This document shows, piece after piece, positions 52,336-63,966 of a stretch of 64,000 nt of DNA. The translations under genes were made by a program, and so were the position numbers. Every line of letters starts with the position of its first letter. Position 1 is the first letter of the stretch. The stretch comes from Macrostomum lignano (Eukaryota): the NCBI GenBank assembly GCA_002269645.1, contig NIVC01001913.1, positions 158,537 through 222,536 on the forward strand, in the 5' to 3' direction. The notes under the pieces are model-generated. The model had not been told where the DNA came from, did no database searches, and worked only from the letters and a program-made list of their open reading frames with translations.

Positions 52336-52836
52336 GAAGTGAGGAAGTTACCTTACATAAAGGTGGGTTGGTGTTTCAGCGAGACTTGAGTAGGGAAATG
52401 GTGTTGGATCAGGCTAGTTCACCACTAGTTAGCAGTGTGCGTGTTCGATTAATCAATCACTAAATCATTTTTTCTGTAGTTTTCTTTGAGCTTTCTTGAT
52501 TTTCTTTACGAGCTAACCAGTGCCTGTTTGCATGTATACTGTTACTGTGTTTTTTCTATGCTTGCACCAACTAGTGGAAAAAATGTGGAAATAGTTTCAT
52601 TACAAGCTAGCATAAGAGGCAACGATTGGCATGCAGGGGGACAAAAGGCGGCGACAAGGATAAATATTTGATAAAATGGAAACCGATGTCGAGCTTGAAG
52701 CCAATAAGCTATAATTCCAGACGTACTCCGAGTAGAAAACAGTAAAGCAACCGAAAAGAAAGTGCAACAATTATTAAGCATGCAGTTCTTTGCTGCGATT
52801 TAGAAAGGAGTCTAAAAAGCAATTCGCGCCCCAAAC

Positions 52837-52905
52837 CCGTTTGGCGAGGCTGTCCCGGATCGAGTTCGGTTCGGCGTATTTGAAGCCTCGTTTTTTTGGC
52901 TTGCG
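52837..52905 (-). CDS. Candidate symmetric (cassette) exon with a basic NLS-like motif
   Basis: gattttccag|RKPKKRGFKYAEPNSIRDSLAKR|GTTTGG; 69 nt; phase 0-0. Confidence 0.45.
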
Positions 52906-53104
52906 CTGGAAAATCGTTATGCCATTGAGTGAATTGTGAACTCGTCCCCTAGCTTGAATCAAATTAATATTGAACTGCTTGCGAGATCAATGTTATGCTT
53001 CTGCTCTAATACGAGTTACGGGCGTAGTCACGTTTTCTTCATTGGATCGCTTCTGTGAGGTGCATCTTTAGGGCGCAATCATTGGGGAGGGGGTGTCATC
53101 GATG

Positions 53105-53260
53105 AGGCTAGCACCAGAGCCAGAGGCGCCAGCAGCACCAGTGGCGCCAGCAGCACTAGGCGCGCCAGCAGCACCAGTAGCGCCAGCAGCACCAGGGGCG
53201 CCAGCACCTCCAGTGGCGCCAGCAGCACTAGGCGCGCCAGCAGCACCAGGGGCGCCACAG
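53105..53260. repeat. Short GC-rich tandem repeat (GCGCCAGCAGCACCA...)
   Basis: Direct reading. Confidence 0.8.
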
Positions 53261-53391
53261 CTACTGTAAAGGGGGCGCCCCAGATTTTGTCAGCCTATTA
53301 AAAGAGGGGGTGCCGTCCCCTGCCCCTCTCTAGCTACGCCGGCCCCTGCTATGAGCGAGAATGCAAGAAAATGATGTTGCATCATCCGAAC

Positions 53392-53886
53392 CTCCATAAT
53401 GCCGGCCCTGCTACTCGGCTGGATGGAAGACTCGGGCGCCAGGCAGACAGGCGTCCAGTCCGGACCAGGTGGATAACGGAACGGCCGCTGTCCAAGATTC
53501 ACGTCCAACGTCTGGTCTCGCATGGCAACAGTTGGAAAGAAGGACTCGCGCTCGAGCATGTCCTGCTGCAGACTGTAGGCCGGTCCGAACGGCTGGCCGT
53601 TCTTAGCGAACTGCAGTTCGCCATTGTTGAAATCGAAAAAGCAGCCAATGACGTCGCCTTTGGCGTAGGGCTCGCCGTAGGCTTCGATCTCGTCGTCGAA
53701 TAGCTTCTTGCCCTGGTTGCCGGCCAGGCCGAAGCCTTCGTGGTCGGCGCCGTAGCCCCAGCCGTTGGCGTCGCGCCCGACGTCCAGCAAGCCGGACTCG
53801 GTGGTCCAGCCGACACGGCCGAGGCCGCCGGACTCCAGGGGCTCCGCCTCCCAGTAGAACCGGCCGCCCTCGCTGCCTTTCAGGCC
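53392..53886 (-). CDS. FERM-SPRY protein, SPRY domain 2 (DDX1-type)
   Basis: cttccag|GLKGSEGGRFYWE...GRVGW...LDVGRD..GWGYG...GKK...YGEPY..GDVIGCFFD..NG.L.FAKNG...FFPTVAM...NLG..PFRYPPG...IME|GTTCGG; 165 codons; phase 0-0. Confidence 0.88.
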
Positions 53887-54136
53887 CTGGAAGTGTTGGT
53901 GTTGCAGCGACTTTCTTAGTCATCTATTCAACTCGTTTACTGTTCTCTCTTAGTCTAGTTCAATCTGGTTCTCTCTCTCTCTTGCGCAGCTTTCTGATTG
54001 GCTCTTTAATTTTATCCCCTTTCTCAGTCCCGCACTCCACCCCCTCCTTTCTTATCTACGCCGAACCCGTAATTGATTTTAAACAAATAAACTTGTTTTG
54101 GGCCAAGTGCCTTAGGCACTGCCTGGGTTTTTAATC

Positions 54137-54602
54137 TTAGGCAGCCGCTACTTCCAATGGATTCTTCCACAGGCAGCCGCTACTTCCAATGGATTCTTCC
54201 ACAGGCAGCCGCTACTTCCAATGGATTCTTCCACAGGCAGCCGCTACTTCCAATGGATTCTTCCACAGGCAGCCGCTACTTCCAATGGATTCTTCCACAG
54301 GCAACCGCTACTTCCAATGGATTCTTCCACAGGCAGCCGCTCCTTCCAATGGATTCTTCCACAGGCAGCCGCTCCTTCCAATGGATTCTTCCACAGGCAG
54401 CCGCTACTTCCAATGGATTCTTCCACAGGCAGCCGCTACTTCCAATGGATTCTTCCACAGGCAGCCGCTACTTCCAATGGATTCTTCCACAGGCAACCGC
54501 TACTTCCAGTGGATTCTTCCACAAACAGCCGCTACTTCCAGTGGATTATTCCACAGGCAACCGCTACTTCCAATGGATTCTTCCACAGACAGCCGCTACT
54601 CC
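54137..54602. repeat. 32-bp minisatellite (intronic)
   Basis: Unit GGCAGCCGCTACTTCCAATGGATTCTTCCACA. Confidence 0.93.
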
Positions 54603-54648
54603 CAAAGGATACAGAAGCGCACACATTATCACAGGAAGCTGTACTCAC

Positions 54649-55185
54649 CTTGTTGGCCCGAACGCCCTGCCAACCAAAGCCCAGCTGGCCCTGCGCGGAC
54701 AGCTGGTCGGGTCCCAGTTGCAGGCCCGGCCCGCTGGTGTCGTGCGGGTTCAACCGCCAGCTGCGTGGATTGTCCAAAGTTTGGTTGGCGAGCGCCAGGC
54801 CCACCGGACGCCAGGCTCCGCCGGGTGGATAGGCGAGCGGTCTGGACGGATCGTCGCCAAAGTTCCAGTCAGCTGCGGCGCCGTCGCGAAGGCAGGCGGC
54901 CGGATAAACAGCCTGCGGGCCGCCGGAGGGACCGTCGCCACCACGGGACTTCCTGTTACCGCCAGCAGTGCCTGTCGGAGTAAAGAAGTCGGCTGGCAGC
55001 TGGTGCGCGGGCCCTAGCTCTTTGCCGTTGACCGCGTAGGTGACGGTGCCGTTGTCGAGGTCCAGGTAGGCGCCGACTATGTCACCAGTCATCAGCTGGA
55101 CACCGTATTGCTCGGAGACTCCATCTAGCATCTTCTGGGCGTGTCGGCCGGCCGGGTCGGTGCCAAAACCGCAGCCGTGGTTGTC
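54649..55185 (-). CDS. FERM-SPRY protein, second half of SPRY 1 and start of SPRY 2
   Basis: gcccccag|DNHGCGFG...YG...GDIVGAYLDLDNG...NGKELG...YPAACL...NFG...YPPG...WRLNPHD...GWQGVRANK|GTGAGT; 179 codons. Confidence 0.88.
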
Positions 55186-55227
55186 CTGGGGGCGGGGAAG
55201 GAACGCACTGGCTGATTTTCTATTATC

Positions 55228-55520
55228 AACTCTGCTCTACACCTCTCCACTCTGCTCTACACCTCTCCACTCTGCTCTACACCTCTCCACTCTGCTCTAC
55301 ACCTCTCCACTCTGCTCTACACCTCTCCACTCTGCTCTACACCTCTCCACTCTGCTCTACACCTCTCCACTCTGCTCTACACCTCTCCACTCCTATCTAC
55401 ACCTCTCCGCTCCTATCTACACCTCTCCGCTCCTATCTACACCTCTCCGCTCCTATCTACACCTCTCCGCTCCTATCTACACCTCTCCGCTCCTATCTAC
55501 ACCTCTCCGCTCCTATCTAC
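55228..55520. repeat. 20-bp minisatellite (intronic)
   Basis: Unit CTCTGCTCTACACCTCTCCA, later CTCCTATCTACACCTCTCCG. Confidence 0.93.
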
Positions 55521-55591
55521 GAGTACATCCCTCCACACCCTTGTAGTCCCCTAATTGGTTCCTCTCATCCCATCCTGGCTGCTCGTCTCAC

Positions 55592-56025
55592 CCGTCCGAG
55601 GTTGAGATCGGCGTTGCCGTCCGCCCAGCCGACCCGCGCCTCCACCGGCTGGTCGGAGGGCCCGTCTCCCCGCACAGCGGTCTCGTAGTACCACTTGCCG
55701 CCAGCCGAGGCCCGGATGCCGCGGTCCGCCCGGCAGCCCTGCCAGTCGCGAACCCCGGCCGGGCAGGCGCCGGCGCAGCGCACGGGGTCCATGCCAGCGG
55801 CCAGGTAGGGGTCGGCGTCTGATGGATTCATCTGCCAGCGAATCGGCCTGTCAACGTCCAGCTCGGGCCGGCGGTCGTACTGCTCTCGTCGGTTCACCGG
55901 CGGCAGCAGCGGCGCGCCCATGCTGGCGCCCTGTCGGTTGGACATCGCGTAGGTGTCGTCGTTGGTCAAGCCCGAGGTGCCAGCGCCGCCGGCGCCCGTT
56001 CGAGCCTCACGGTTGTAGGCGTCGT
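55592..56025 (-). CDS. FERM-SPRY protein, linker and first half of SPRY 1
   Basis: cgcgcag|AC (phase 1) ...WQMNPSD...WQGCRADRG...GGKWYYET...ARVGWA...LNLGR|GTGAGA; matches the DDX1 SPRY start (WQMNPYD..WHGCRA..GKHYYE..RVGW) as recalled. Confidence 0.85.
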
Positions 56026-56151
56026 CTGCGCGAATGATGATTTGAAAATGTTTTGATTTTGTTTTAACAATTTTAATAGAAACTGTTTGAGACAGTTAGA
56101 CTAAAGTTCATTAATTAGTCCCTGGATATCCGAACGCCGAACTCATTGACC

Positions 56152-56511
56152 TTATTATTATTTTTATTAGAGGCAGGGGGTTGTGTGCACCCTGGCGCAA
56201 TTTAAGCGTCATTGGCACACAACCGGCGAGAGGCATTACTGCCCATTCCGCCGACTCCCCTGAGCAGGCATACAAGCGCGCGGATACGTACGCAGGCACA
56301 CACTCACACAGGAGTGTACAGCGGCCCTAACTTTATCAATTGTTAGGCATGTACACTTCACTGCGCCTTAAGGGGTTGGCTCTCAAGGCCGTTAATTGCA
56401 CAAGCGAGCCAAGCAAGATTCCAATCCAGCCCAAATTAATGTGGCTGCACTTGGAATCGAGCCTGGGTCGCGGCACACCAGAGCAGCTGCGCTACCGCTG
56501 GGCTACGGCCC
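56152..56511 (-). mobile_element. tRNA-derived SINE, near full length (~360 bp)
   Basis: Head GGGCCGTAGCCCAGCGGTAG (A box) ... GGCTCGATTCC (B box); central block shared with the 34.6 kb copy; A-rich (AAT)n tail; candidate 8-bp target-site duplication TTGACCTT at 56146-56153 and 56513-56520. Confidence 0.75.
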
Positions 56512-56624
56512 TTTGACCTTTCTTTCTTAAAGATTTCGCACCGAGTTGACCTCGGCTGACCTTTTCGTTTTTCCTTTGGTCCATTCCGCACTACGTGACC
56601 TTAGTTAAACCCTTTGCGTCCCGC

Positions 56625-56940
56625 ACTTGTGTGACCTCAATCGACCCCTGTTCTCCTCAGTCCCGCATTTGTGTGACCTCAATCGACCCCTGTTCTCCTC
56701 AGTCCCGCATTTTTGTGACCTCAATCGACCCCTGTTCTCCTCAGTCCCGCACTGTGTGACCTCAATCGACCCCTGTTCTCCTCAGTCCCGCACTGTGTGA
56801 CCTCAATCGACCCCTGTTCTCCTCAGTCCCGCACTGTGTGACCTCAATCGACCCCTGTTCTCCTCAGTCCCGCACTGTGTGACCTCAATCGACCCCTGTT
56901 CTCCTCAGTCCCGCACTGTGTGACCTCAATCGACCCCTCC
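56625..56940. repeat. 41-bp minisatellite (intronic)
   Basis: Unit TGTGTGACCTCAATCGACCCCTGTTCTCCTCAGTCCCGCAC. Confidence 0.93.
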
Positions 56941-57744
56941 CTTACTAAACTGCTTGATATATTGCAGAGAATCACAGGCTGAAAGTGCATCAATCGGATT
57001 TGTAATAGCGTAGTTGCCTAAGCTGAAAATTATAAGCACGGTAGTCAGGCGTTTCTTACAAAGAATTCATCGCACAAATAGCAGGCTGTGGAATACTCGT
57101 ATGCTTCTATCGCAACCGCAATAAATTTTCAATGGGCATTAATAAATTATTCGTCTACTGAAGCAAGCAGATCTTAATATTATAGAAGTTAAATGCATGC
57201 CACATCAAATATTTAAATGACAATTAAAGTGACCAGTTTGTACTTCTATTTCTCCTTTATTGTAAAGAATCATAGACCTTTGAACAGAGCATCTGGACTA
57301 TACAGTCCAGACGTTCGCACTACTGGCTTGAATTGTATTGCCCAAATTGATATTATGCCACACCGCCAATGCGAGTGTGTTAGACAGAAAAAAGCATTAA
57401 ATTACCAGAGTTAGGCATTGGTTAGCAATATCCAAATATATTACAAATTTTTCTACAAATCTACAAATTTTTTAAATTAAAAACTATCAACAGACCGTCG
57501 AATCCTTCGTCTACTTTAGCTTTTGTAGGGCCGCCTGCAGTGAAATTAAAAGTGCATTGCAATAATAATAGTACAATTGTGTGGATGTGCCAGCGATTCA
57601 CTGGGCCTGCTGATGAAAGTTAATTAATAAATAGTGCTTTTAAAGTACGTAAAGAACTTTTTAAATCGATGCTTTTAACGTTACACATGCTATTTAGAAA
57701 TTACTTGTTAGTTACTAGAATTAGACTATATGCATAGTGCTGAT

Positions 57745-59075
57745 GGCTGACACCCTGGCTCTCTGACACCCTGGCTCTGACACCCTGGCTCTCTGACACC
57801 CTGGCTCTGACACCCTGGCTCTCTGACACCCTGGCTCTCTGACACCCTGGCTCTTTGACACCCTGGCTCCCTGACACCCTGGCTCTCTGACACCCTGGCT
57901 CTTTGACACCCTGGCTCCCTGACACCCTGGCTCTCTGACACCCTGGCTCTCTGACACCCTGGCTCTGACACCCTGGCTCTCTGACACCCTGGCTCTCTGA
58001 CACCCTGGCTCTTTGACACCCTGGCTCCCTGACACCCTGGCTCTCTGACACCCTGGCTCTGACACCCTGGCTCTCTGACACCCTGGCTCTGACACCCTGG
58101 CTCTCTGACACCCTGGCTCTGACACCCTGGCTCTCTGACACCCTGGCTCTCTGACACCCTGGCTCTTTGACACCCTGGCTCCCTGACACCCTGGCTCTCT
58201 GACACCCTGGCTCTGACACCCTGGCTCTCTGACACCCTGGCTCTCTGACACCCTGGCTCTTTGACACCCTGGCTCCCTGACACCCTGGCTCTCTGACACC
58301 CTGGCTCTGACACCCTGGCTCTCTGACACCGTGGTTCTCTGACACCCTGGCTCTGACACCCTGGCTCTCTGACACCCTGGCTCCCTGACACCCTGGCTCT
58401 CTGACACCCTGGCTCTGACACCCTAGCTCTCTGACACCCTGGCTCTGACACCCTGGCTCTGACACCCTGGTTCTCTGACACCCTGGCTCTCTGACACCCT
58501 GGCTCTCTGACACCCTGGCTCTGACACCCTGGCTCTCTGACACCCTGGCTCTCTGACACCCTGGCTCTTTGACACCCTGGCTCCCTGACACCCTGGCTCT
58601 GACACCCTAGCTCTCTGACACCCTGGCTCTGACACCCTGGCTCTGACACCCTGGCTCTCTGACACCCTGGCTCTCTGACACCCTGGCTCTCTGACACCCT
58701 GGCTCTGACACCCTAGCTCTCTGACACCCTGGCTCTGACACCCTGGCTCTGACACCCTGGCTCTGACACCCTGGCTCTCTGACACCCTGGCTCTCTGACA
58801 CCCTGGCTCTCTGACACCCTGGCTCCCTGACACCCTGGCTCTGACACCCTGGCTCTCTGACACCCTGGCTCTCTGACACCCTGGCTCTTTGACACCCTGG
58901 CTCTCTGACACCCTGGCTCTGACACCCTGGCTCTGACACCCTGGCTCTCTGACACCCTGGCTCCCTGACACCCTGGCTCTGACACCCTGGCTCTCTGACA
59001 CCCTGGCTCCCTGACACCCTGGCTCCCTGGCACCCTGGCTCTCTGACACTCTAGCTCTCTGACACCCCGGCTCTG
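57745..59075. repeat. 14/16-bp mixed minisatellite (intronic)
   Basis: CCCTGGCTCT(CT)GACA. Confidence 0.95.
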
Positions 59076-59205
59076 ATGCTCTGCCAATCCAACTCTAAAG
59101 TAGCTAGCTGCCTTGTCAGAAAGATTACCATGTATTTGCTTGATGGTCAGCGTAGGAGCTAAAAATGCGACAGATATGAACATCGGCAAAAGCAGCAATG
59201 CGTAC

Positions 59206-59358
59206 CCTTCTTCTTGAAGCTCTTGCGCATGCCAGGGGTAACTTGCACCTCCTGGTAGGCGCCCGACTGGTCGTTCTGCGAGTCCCGGATGCCGGTGCCC
59301 ACTTGCCCTTGAAGGTGCCGGGAATGTGCGGCTTCTGCGGTTCTCGGCGGACTTCAAT
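59206..59358 (-). CDS. FERM-SPRY protein, post-FERM linker exon (reading phase conflict)
   Basis: Acceptor cctcag|A gives FFR-LKSAE (phase 2), but the best donor G|GTACGC needs the +1 frame (...MRKSFKKK) to join the next exon. A 1-nt indel or an alternative donor is implied. Confidence 0.55.
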
Positions 59359-59542
59359 CTGAGGATCATTCAATTTTGCTAACATTATTTGCTACTTGCT
59401 TACTATAAGTAGGTTAAATGCGTTTGCAACTCGAAAACAAAAATACCATTAGAAGATTAAATCAATAATTGAATTGTTTCTAAAAAAAGAGTTATATAAA
59501 TAGACTAGTAGGAACTTTTGTTCATGAGCACAATAAGCTAAC

Positions 59543-59970
59543 CTGAAGAATCCGTGATGCTCAACCACAGCCCGCCAGAGTCGCTTAGCCAGCTTCGATG
59601 AGGCGCACTTGAACTCAAACAGAGTCTCCGACTTGGGGTCGCGCTCGTTATCCCCGGTGCGAATCGACACCTTGAGCGTGCTGCCCTTGTAGGACACTTT
59701 GAGAATCTTCGGCCAGGAGAAGCGGTTAATCCGGAGGTTGTTGCGGTACACCAGAACGCCGCCGTGGTAAACTCCAAGGAGGACCTCCTCGCCAGAGGCG
59801 TCCTTAGACTCGTGCAAATCGACGCCGTACATGGCGAGCTTCTTGGCGTTCCGCAGGAAGTGCAGGTCGGCCTCCTCCGGAGTCATGCGCTGGTGCGTGC
59901 GGTGCAGCTCGCTGACTCGCTCGGCCAGCTCGGCGTTGTTTCGGTACTCCTCCGGACAGAACGGGCAGTC
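59543..59970 (-). CDS. Protein 4.1/coracle-family FERM domain (end of F2 lobe and F3 lobe)
   Basis: ELHRTHQRMTPEEADLHFLRNAKKLAMYGVDLH, RINRFSWPKILKVSYKG, FKCASSKLAKRLWRAVVEHHGFFR; acceptor gcccag|GAC, donor AG|GTTAGC. Confidence 0.93.
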
Positions 59971-60339
59971 CTGGGCGGCGAAGTTTAAACTAGGAAAATC
60001 AATTGCCAACTCTTTCCATCTTGAGAGGGATAATACCGGATAAATGGGGATATTCTAGATCAGGGGTTGGCGAAGCCTCTCTATCCGGCCATTGGGTCCT
60101 CGGAAACTTCACGATAGCAATCCGGTCTGCCAGGGTTTGTGTCTCTTCTCAGCTGTCTTCTCTCAAATATCTGTCCCGCAGTCATCCGCTATGTTCTCTA
60201 CCTGACCCCTGTTCTAGATCCTTATTGAGCCTTTGTTTATTGACATGTCGAGGTACTACATGAGCTGTAGCAATTCGATAAAAAGTCAATCAAGCGAGCC
60301 CTGACTTTCTCATCGTCAGCTCTGCGCTTACAGACTTAC

Positions 60340-60572
60340 ATTCAAGTACATCAGCGAGTTCATCTTCTCGTCCAACGGATCGAAATCGCCAACTTCAGAC
60401 TGCAGCACGTAGCTGCCCAGGATGATGTAGGTGATGAAACTGCAAGGCAGCAGCTCGGCCATGAGGTTCTGCCGAATCTGCAGCGCCATGTAGTAGCGGG
60501 TGAGATTCTCCCGCAGATTCTCCGGGTCGGGCGGGTAGAACTTCACCATGAACTCCAGCTTCCACTCGTTCT
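60340..60572 (-). CDS. Protein 4.1/coracle-family FERM domain (F1/F2 junction exon; upstream exons not found in the window)
   Basis: WKLEFMVKFYPPDP.NL.ENLTRYYMALQIRQ.L....LPCSF.T..ILGSY.LQSEVGDFDP; acceptor tttccgccag|, donor AAT|GTAAGT. Confidence 0.93.
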
Positions 60573-60654
60573 CTGGCGGAAACAAATTTGAGAAAAAGAG
60601 ATATCGAATCAACTGGAATGCTTGATGACATAGTGTGGGTCTTAACTCGTGGGT

Positions 60655-61295
60655 CCTGCTGCTACCCTCCGTGATACTTCAGTGCCCCTGCTGCTACCCT
60701 CCGTGCTACTTCAGTGCCCCTGCTGCTACCCTCCGTGATACTTCAGTGCCCCTGCAGCAATACTTTCCGTGATACTTCAGTGCCCCTGCAGCAATACTTT
60801 CCGTGATACTTCAGTGCCCCTGCAGCAATACTTTCCGTGATACTTCAGTGCCCCTGCAGCAATACTTTCCGTGATACTTCAGTGCCCCTGCAGCAATACT
60901 TTCCGTGATACTTCAGTGCCCCTGCAGCAATACCCTCCGTGATACTTCAGTGCCCCTGCAGCAATACCCTCTGAGCTACTTCAGTGCCCCTGCAGCAATA
61001 CCCTTCGTGATACTTCAGTGCCCCTGCAGCAATACCTCCCGTGATACTTCAGTGCCCCTGCAGCAATACCTTCCGTGATACTTCAGTGCCCCTGCAGCAA
61101 TATCCTCCGTGATACTTCAGTGCCCCTGCAGCAATACCTTCCGTGATACTTCAGTGCCCCTGCAGCAATACCCTCTGAGCTACTTCAGTGCCCTGCAGCA
61201 ATACCCTCCGTGCTACTTCAGTGCCCCTGCAGAAATACCCTCCTGCGTGCTACTTCAGTGCCCCTGCAGCAATACCCTCCGTGCTACTTCAGCAC
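60655..61295. repeat. ~34-bp minisatellite
   Basis: Unit TGATACTTCAGTGCCCCTGCAGCAATACTTTCCG. Confidence 0.92.
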
Positions 61296-62264
61296 CTTGC
61301 AACTACCCCTCCAGTACGCAGTTAGGCTTGAAACAAAGTTGTCTAGTAAGCAACATGCCTCATTCGAATAAAGCCATCTATAGCATACGAAGGTCGCAGA
61401 TGAAACATATATAGCGGTGGAAATTGTCGAAAATAGGCTTATAGAAATTCTAAACTGTTTGGTCAAAGATTTGCTTATAAGATTTGGCCAGGAGAAGAAG
61501 TGCCCTTACCGACGCTTTAATTTAAAGCCCTTGCTTGTGTGTCTTATGTTCCATGCTTCAATTATAGGTTTCCTGACTTTTGTAGCGGTCTGACTAGCTG
61601 TTTCAGGCAACTATTAGAGAATGTAAGCAAACCGCATGGCCTAGTGATCTCTTTACCAAAATCTTGCAGTAATGCTTAACTGAAATAAAAATTTGGGGCT
61701 TGTGATAGCAATTTACCGAAATTTCTTTTCCATGGCTGAAGCAATGATACCCATATTCAGAAAGTGGAAGCAGACAGCTTAAGGCTGACTGCAGCCAAAC
61801 CAAAATTATGAGATACAACAAGCAGCCTGAATATGTCTGCCAGCAGCCTCCGCCCAAGGCCTTAGTCACCACTTCGCGTACGACTTGTGGAACGCACACA
61901 AAGGGCGGTGGGGGGTAGACAGTGACTAAATACCCCCCCCCCACACATCAAGCCTCTTCTCTCAGACACGGCTTCAGAATTTTTTTGTGCTGTGTGCCAG
62001 GCCGTTGACTAAAGCTGCTCCGACGGCTGCCGGGGCTCTGCTGGCCGCGGGTTTGTCACTAAACTGCGCAGAAGCTGACTCGAATAGTTTCTTATTTTGC
62101 ATTTAGCTATTTAGCTCGTAGTAACCGTCACTTATTAGTTGAACAGTCATAATCAGCAATTAGAATGGCATTGTGGGAAAATAAATCTGCTTAATACAAA
62201 GAAAGAATCTGTTAAAAACAGCCGTGAAAAAAAGTGTGGTGAATGAGACACTAAGTATTGCGAA

Positions 62265-63966
62265 TGAAATAGTTGACATGAGCAATGAACAGTTGGCATG
62301 AGCAATGAACAGTTGGCATGAGGAATGAACAGTTGGCATGAGGAATGAACAGTTGGCATGAGGAATGAACAGTTGGCATGAGGAATGAACAGTTGATAAT
62401 GATGAATGAACAGTTGGCAATGATGAATGAACAGTTGGCAATGATGAATGAACAGTTGGCATGAGGAATGAACAGTTGATAATGATGAATGAACAGTTGG
62501 CAATGATGAATGAACAGTTGGCATGAGGAATGAACAGTTGATAATGATGAATGAACAGTTGATAATGATGAATGAACAGTTGATAATGATGAATGAACAG
62601 TTGATAATGATGAATGAACAGTTGGCAATGATGAATGAACAGTTGATAATGAGGAATGAACAGTTGGCAATGATGAATGAACAGTTGATAATGATGAATG
62701 AACAGTTGATAATGATGAATGAACAGTTGATAATGATGAATGAACAGTTGATAATGATGAATGAACAGTTGGCAATGATGAATGAACAGTTGATAATGAG
62801 GAATGAACAGTTGGCAATGATGAATGAACAGTTGGCAATGATGAATGAACAGTTGATAATGATGAATGAACAGTTGATAATGATGAATGAACAGTTGATA
62901 ATGAGGAATGAACAGTTGATAATGATGAATGAACAGTTGATAATGATGAATGAACTGTTGGCAATGATGAATGAACAGTTGATAATGATGAATGAACTGT
63001 TGATAATGATGAATGAACTGTTGGCAATGATGAATGAACAGTTGATAATGATGAATGAACAGTTGATAATGATGAATGAACAGTTGATAATGATGAATGA
63101 ACAGTTGATAATGATGAATGAACTGTTGGCAATGATGAATGAACAGTTGATAATGATGAATGAACTGTTGATAATGATGAATGAACAGTTGATAATGATG
63201 AATGAACAGTTGATAATGATGAATGAACAGTTGGCAATGATGAATGAACAGTTGATAATGATGAATGAACTGTTGGCAATGATGAATGAACAGTTGATAA
63301 TGATGAATGAACAGTTGATAATGATGAATGAACAGTTGATAATGAGGAATGAACAGTTGATAATGATGAATGAACAGTTGATAATGATGAATGAACTGTT
63401 GGCAATGATGAATGAACAGTTGATAATGATGAATGAACTGTTGATAATGATGAATGAACAGTTGATAATGATGAATGAACAGTTGATAATGATGAATGAA
63501 CAGTTGCAATGATGAATGAACAGTTGATAATGATGAATGAACTGTTGGCAATGATGAATGAACAGTTGATAATGATGAATGAACAGTTGATAATGATGAA
63601 TGAACAGTTGATAATGATGAATGAACAGTTGATAATGATGAATGAACAGTTGATAATGATGAATGAACAGTTTGCAATGATGAATGAACAGTTGATAATG
63701 ATGAATGAACAGTTGATAATGATGAATGAACAGTTGATAATGATGAATGAACTGTTGGCAATGATGAATGAACAGTTGATAATGATGAATGAACAGTTGA
63801 TAATGATGAATGAACAGTTGATAATGATGAATGAACAGTTGATAATGATGAATGAACTGTTGATAATGATGAATGAACCGTTGATAATGATGAATGAACA
63901 GTTGATAATGATGAATGAACCGTTGATAATGATGAATGAACAGTTGATAATGATGAATGAACAGTT
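62265..63966. repeat. 20/21-bp minisatellite
   Basis: GAGGAATGAACAGTTGGCAT, then AATGAACAGTTGATAATGATG. Confidence 0.95.

Noticed and set aside
53392-56025. Calling the SPRY exons a DDX1 gene
   Set aside because: No DEAD-box helicase motifs flank them, the SPRY is duplicated, and the exons splice in phase into 4.1-like C-terminal exons.
56440-56511. tRNA gene
   Set aside because: A and B boxes are present but there is no convincing cloverleaf, and the sequence continues into a SINE body, tail and TSD.
61300-62250. FERM F1-lobe or headpiece exons (e.g. VKHYCKIL near 61660, an Ala-rich stretch near 62000)
   Set aside because: No YFGL or WLD F1 motifs were found and no phase-consistent chain could be built. 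The 5' exons probably lie beyond the window.
62153-63761. Poly-His/Gln or MMNEQLI repeat proteins and other repeat-derived ORFs elsewhere in the track
   Set aside because: They are translations of tandem arrays on both strands with no unique coding context.
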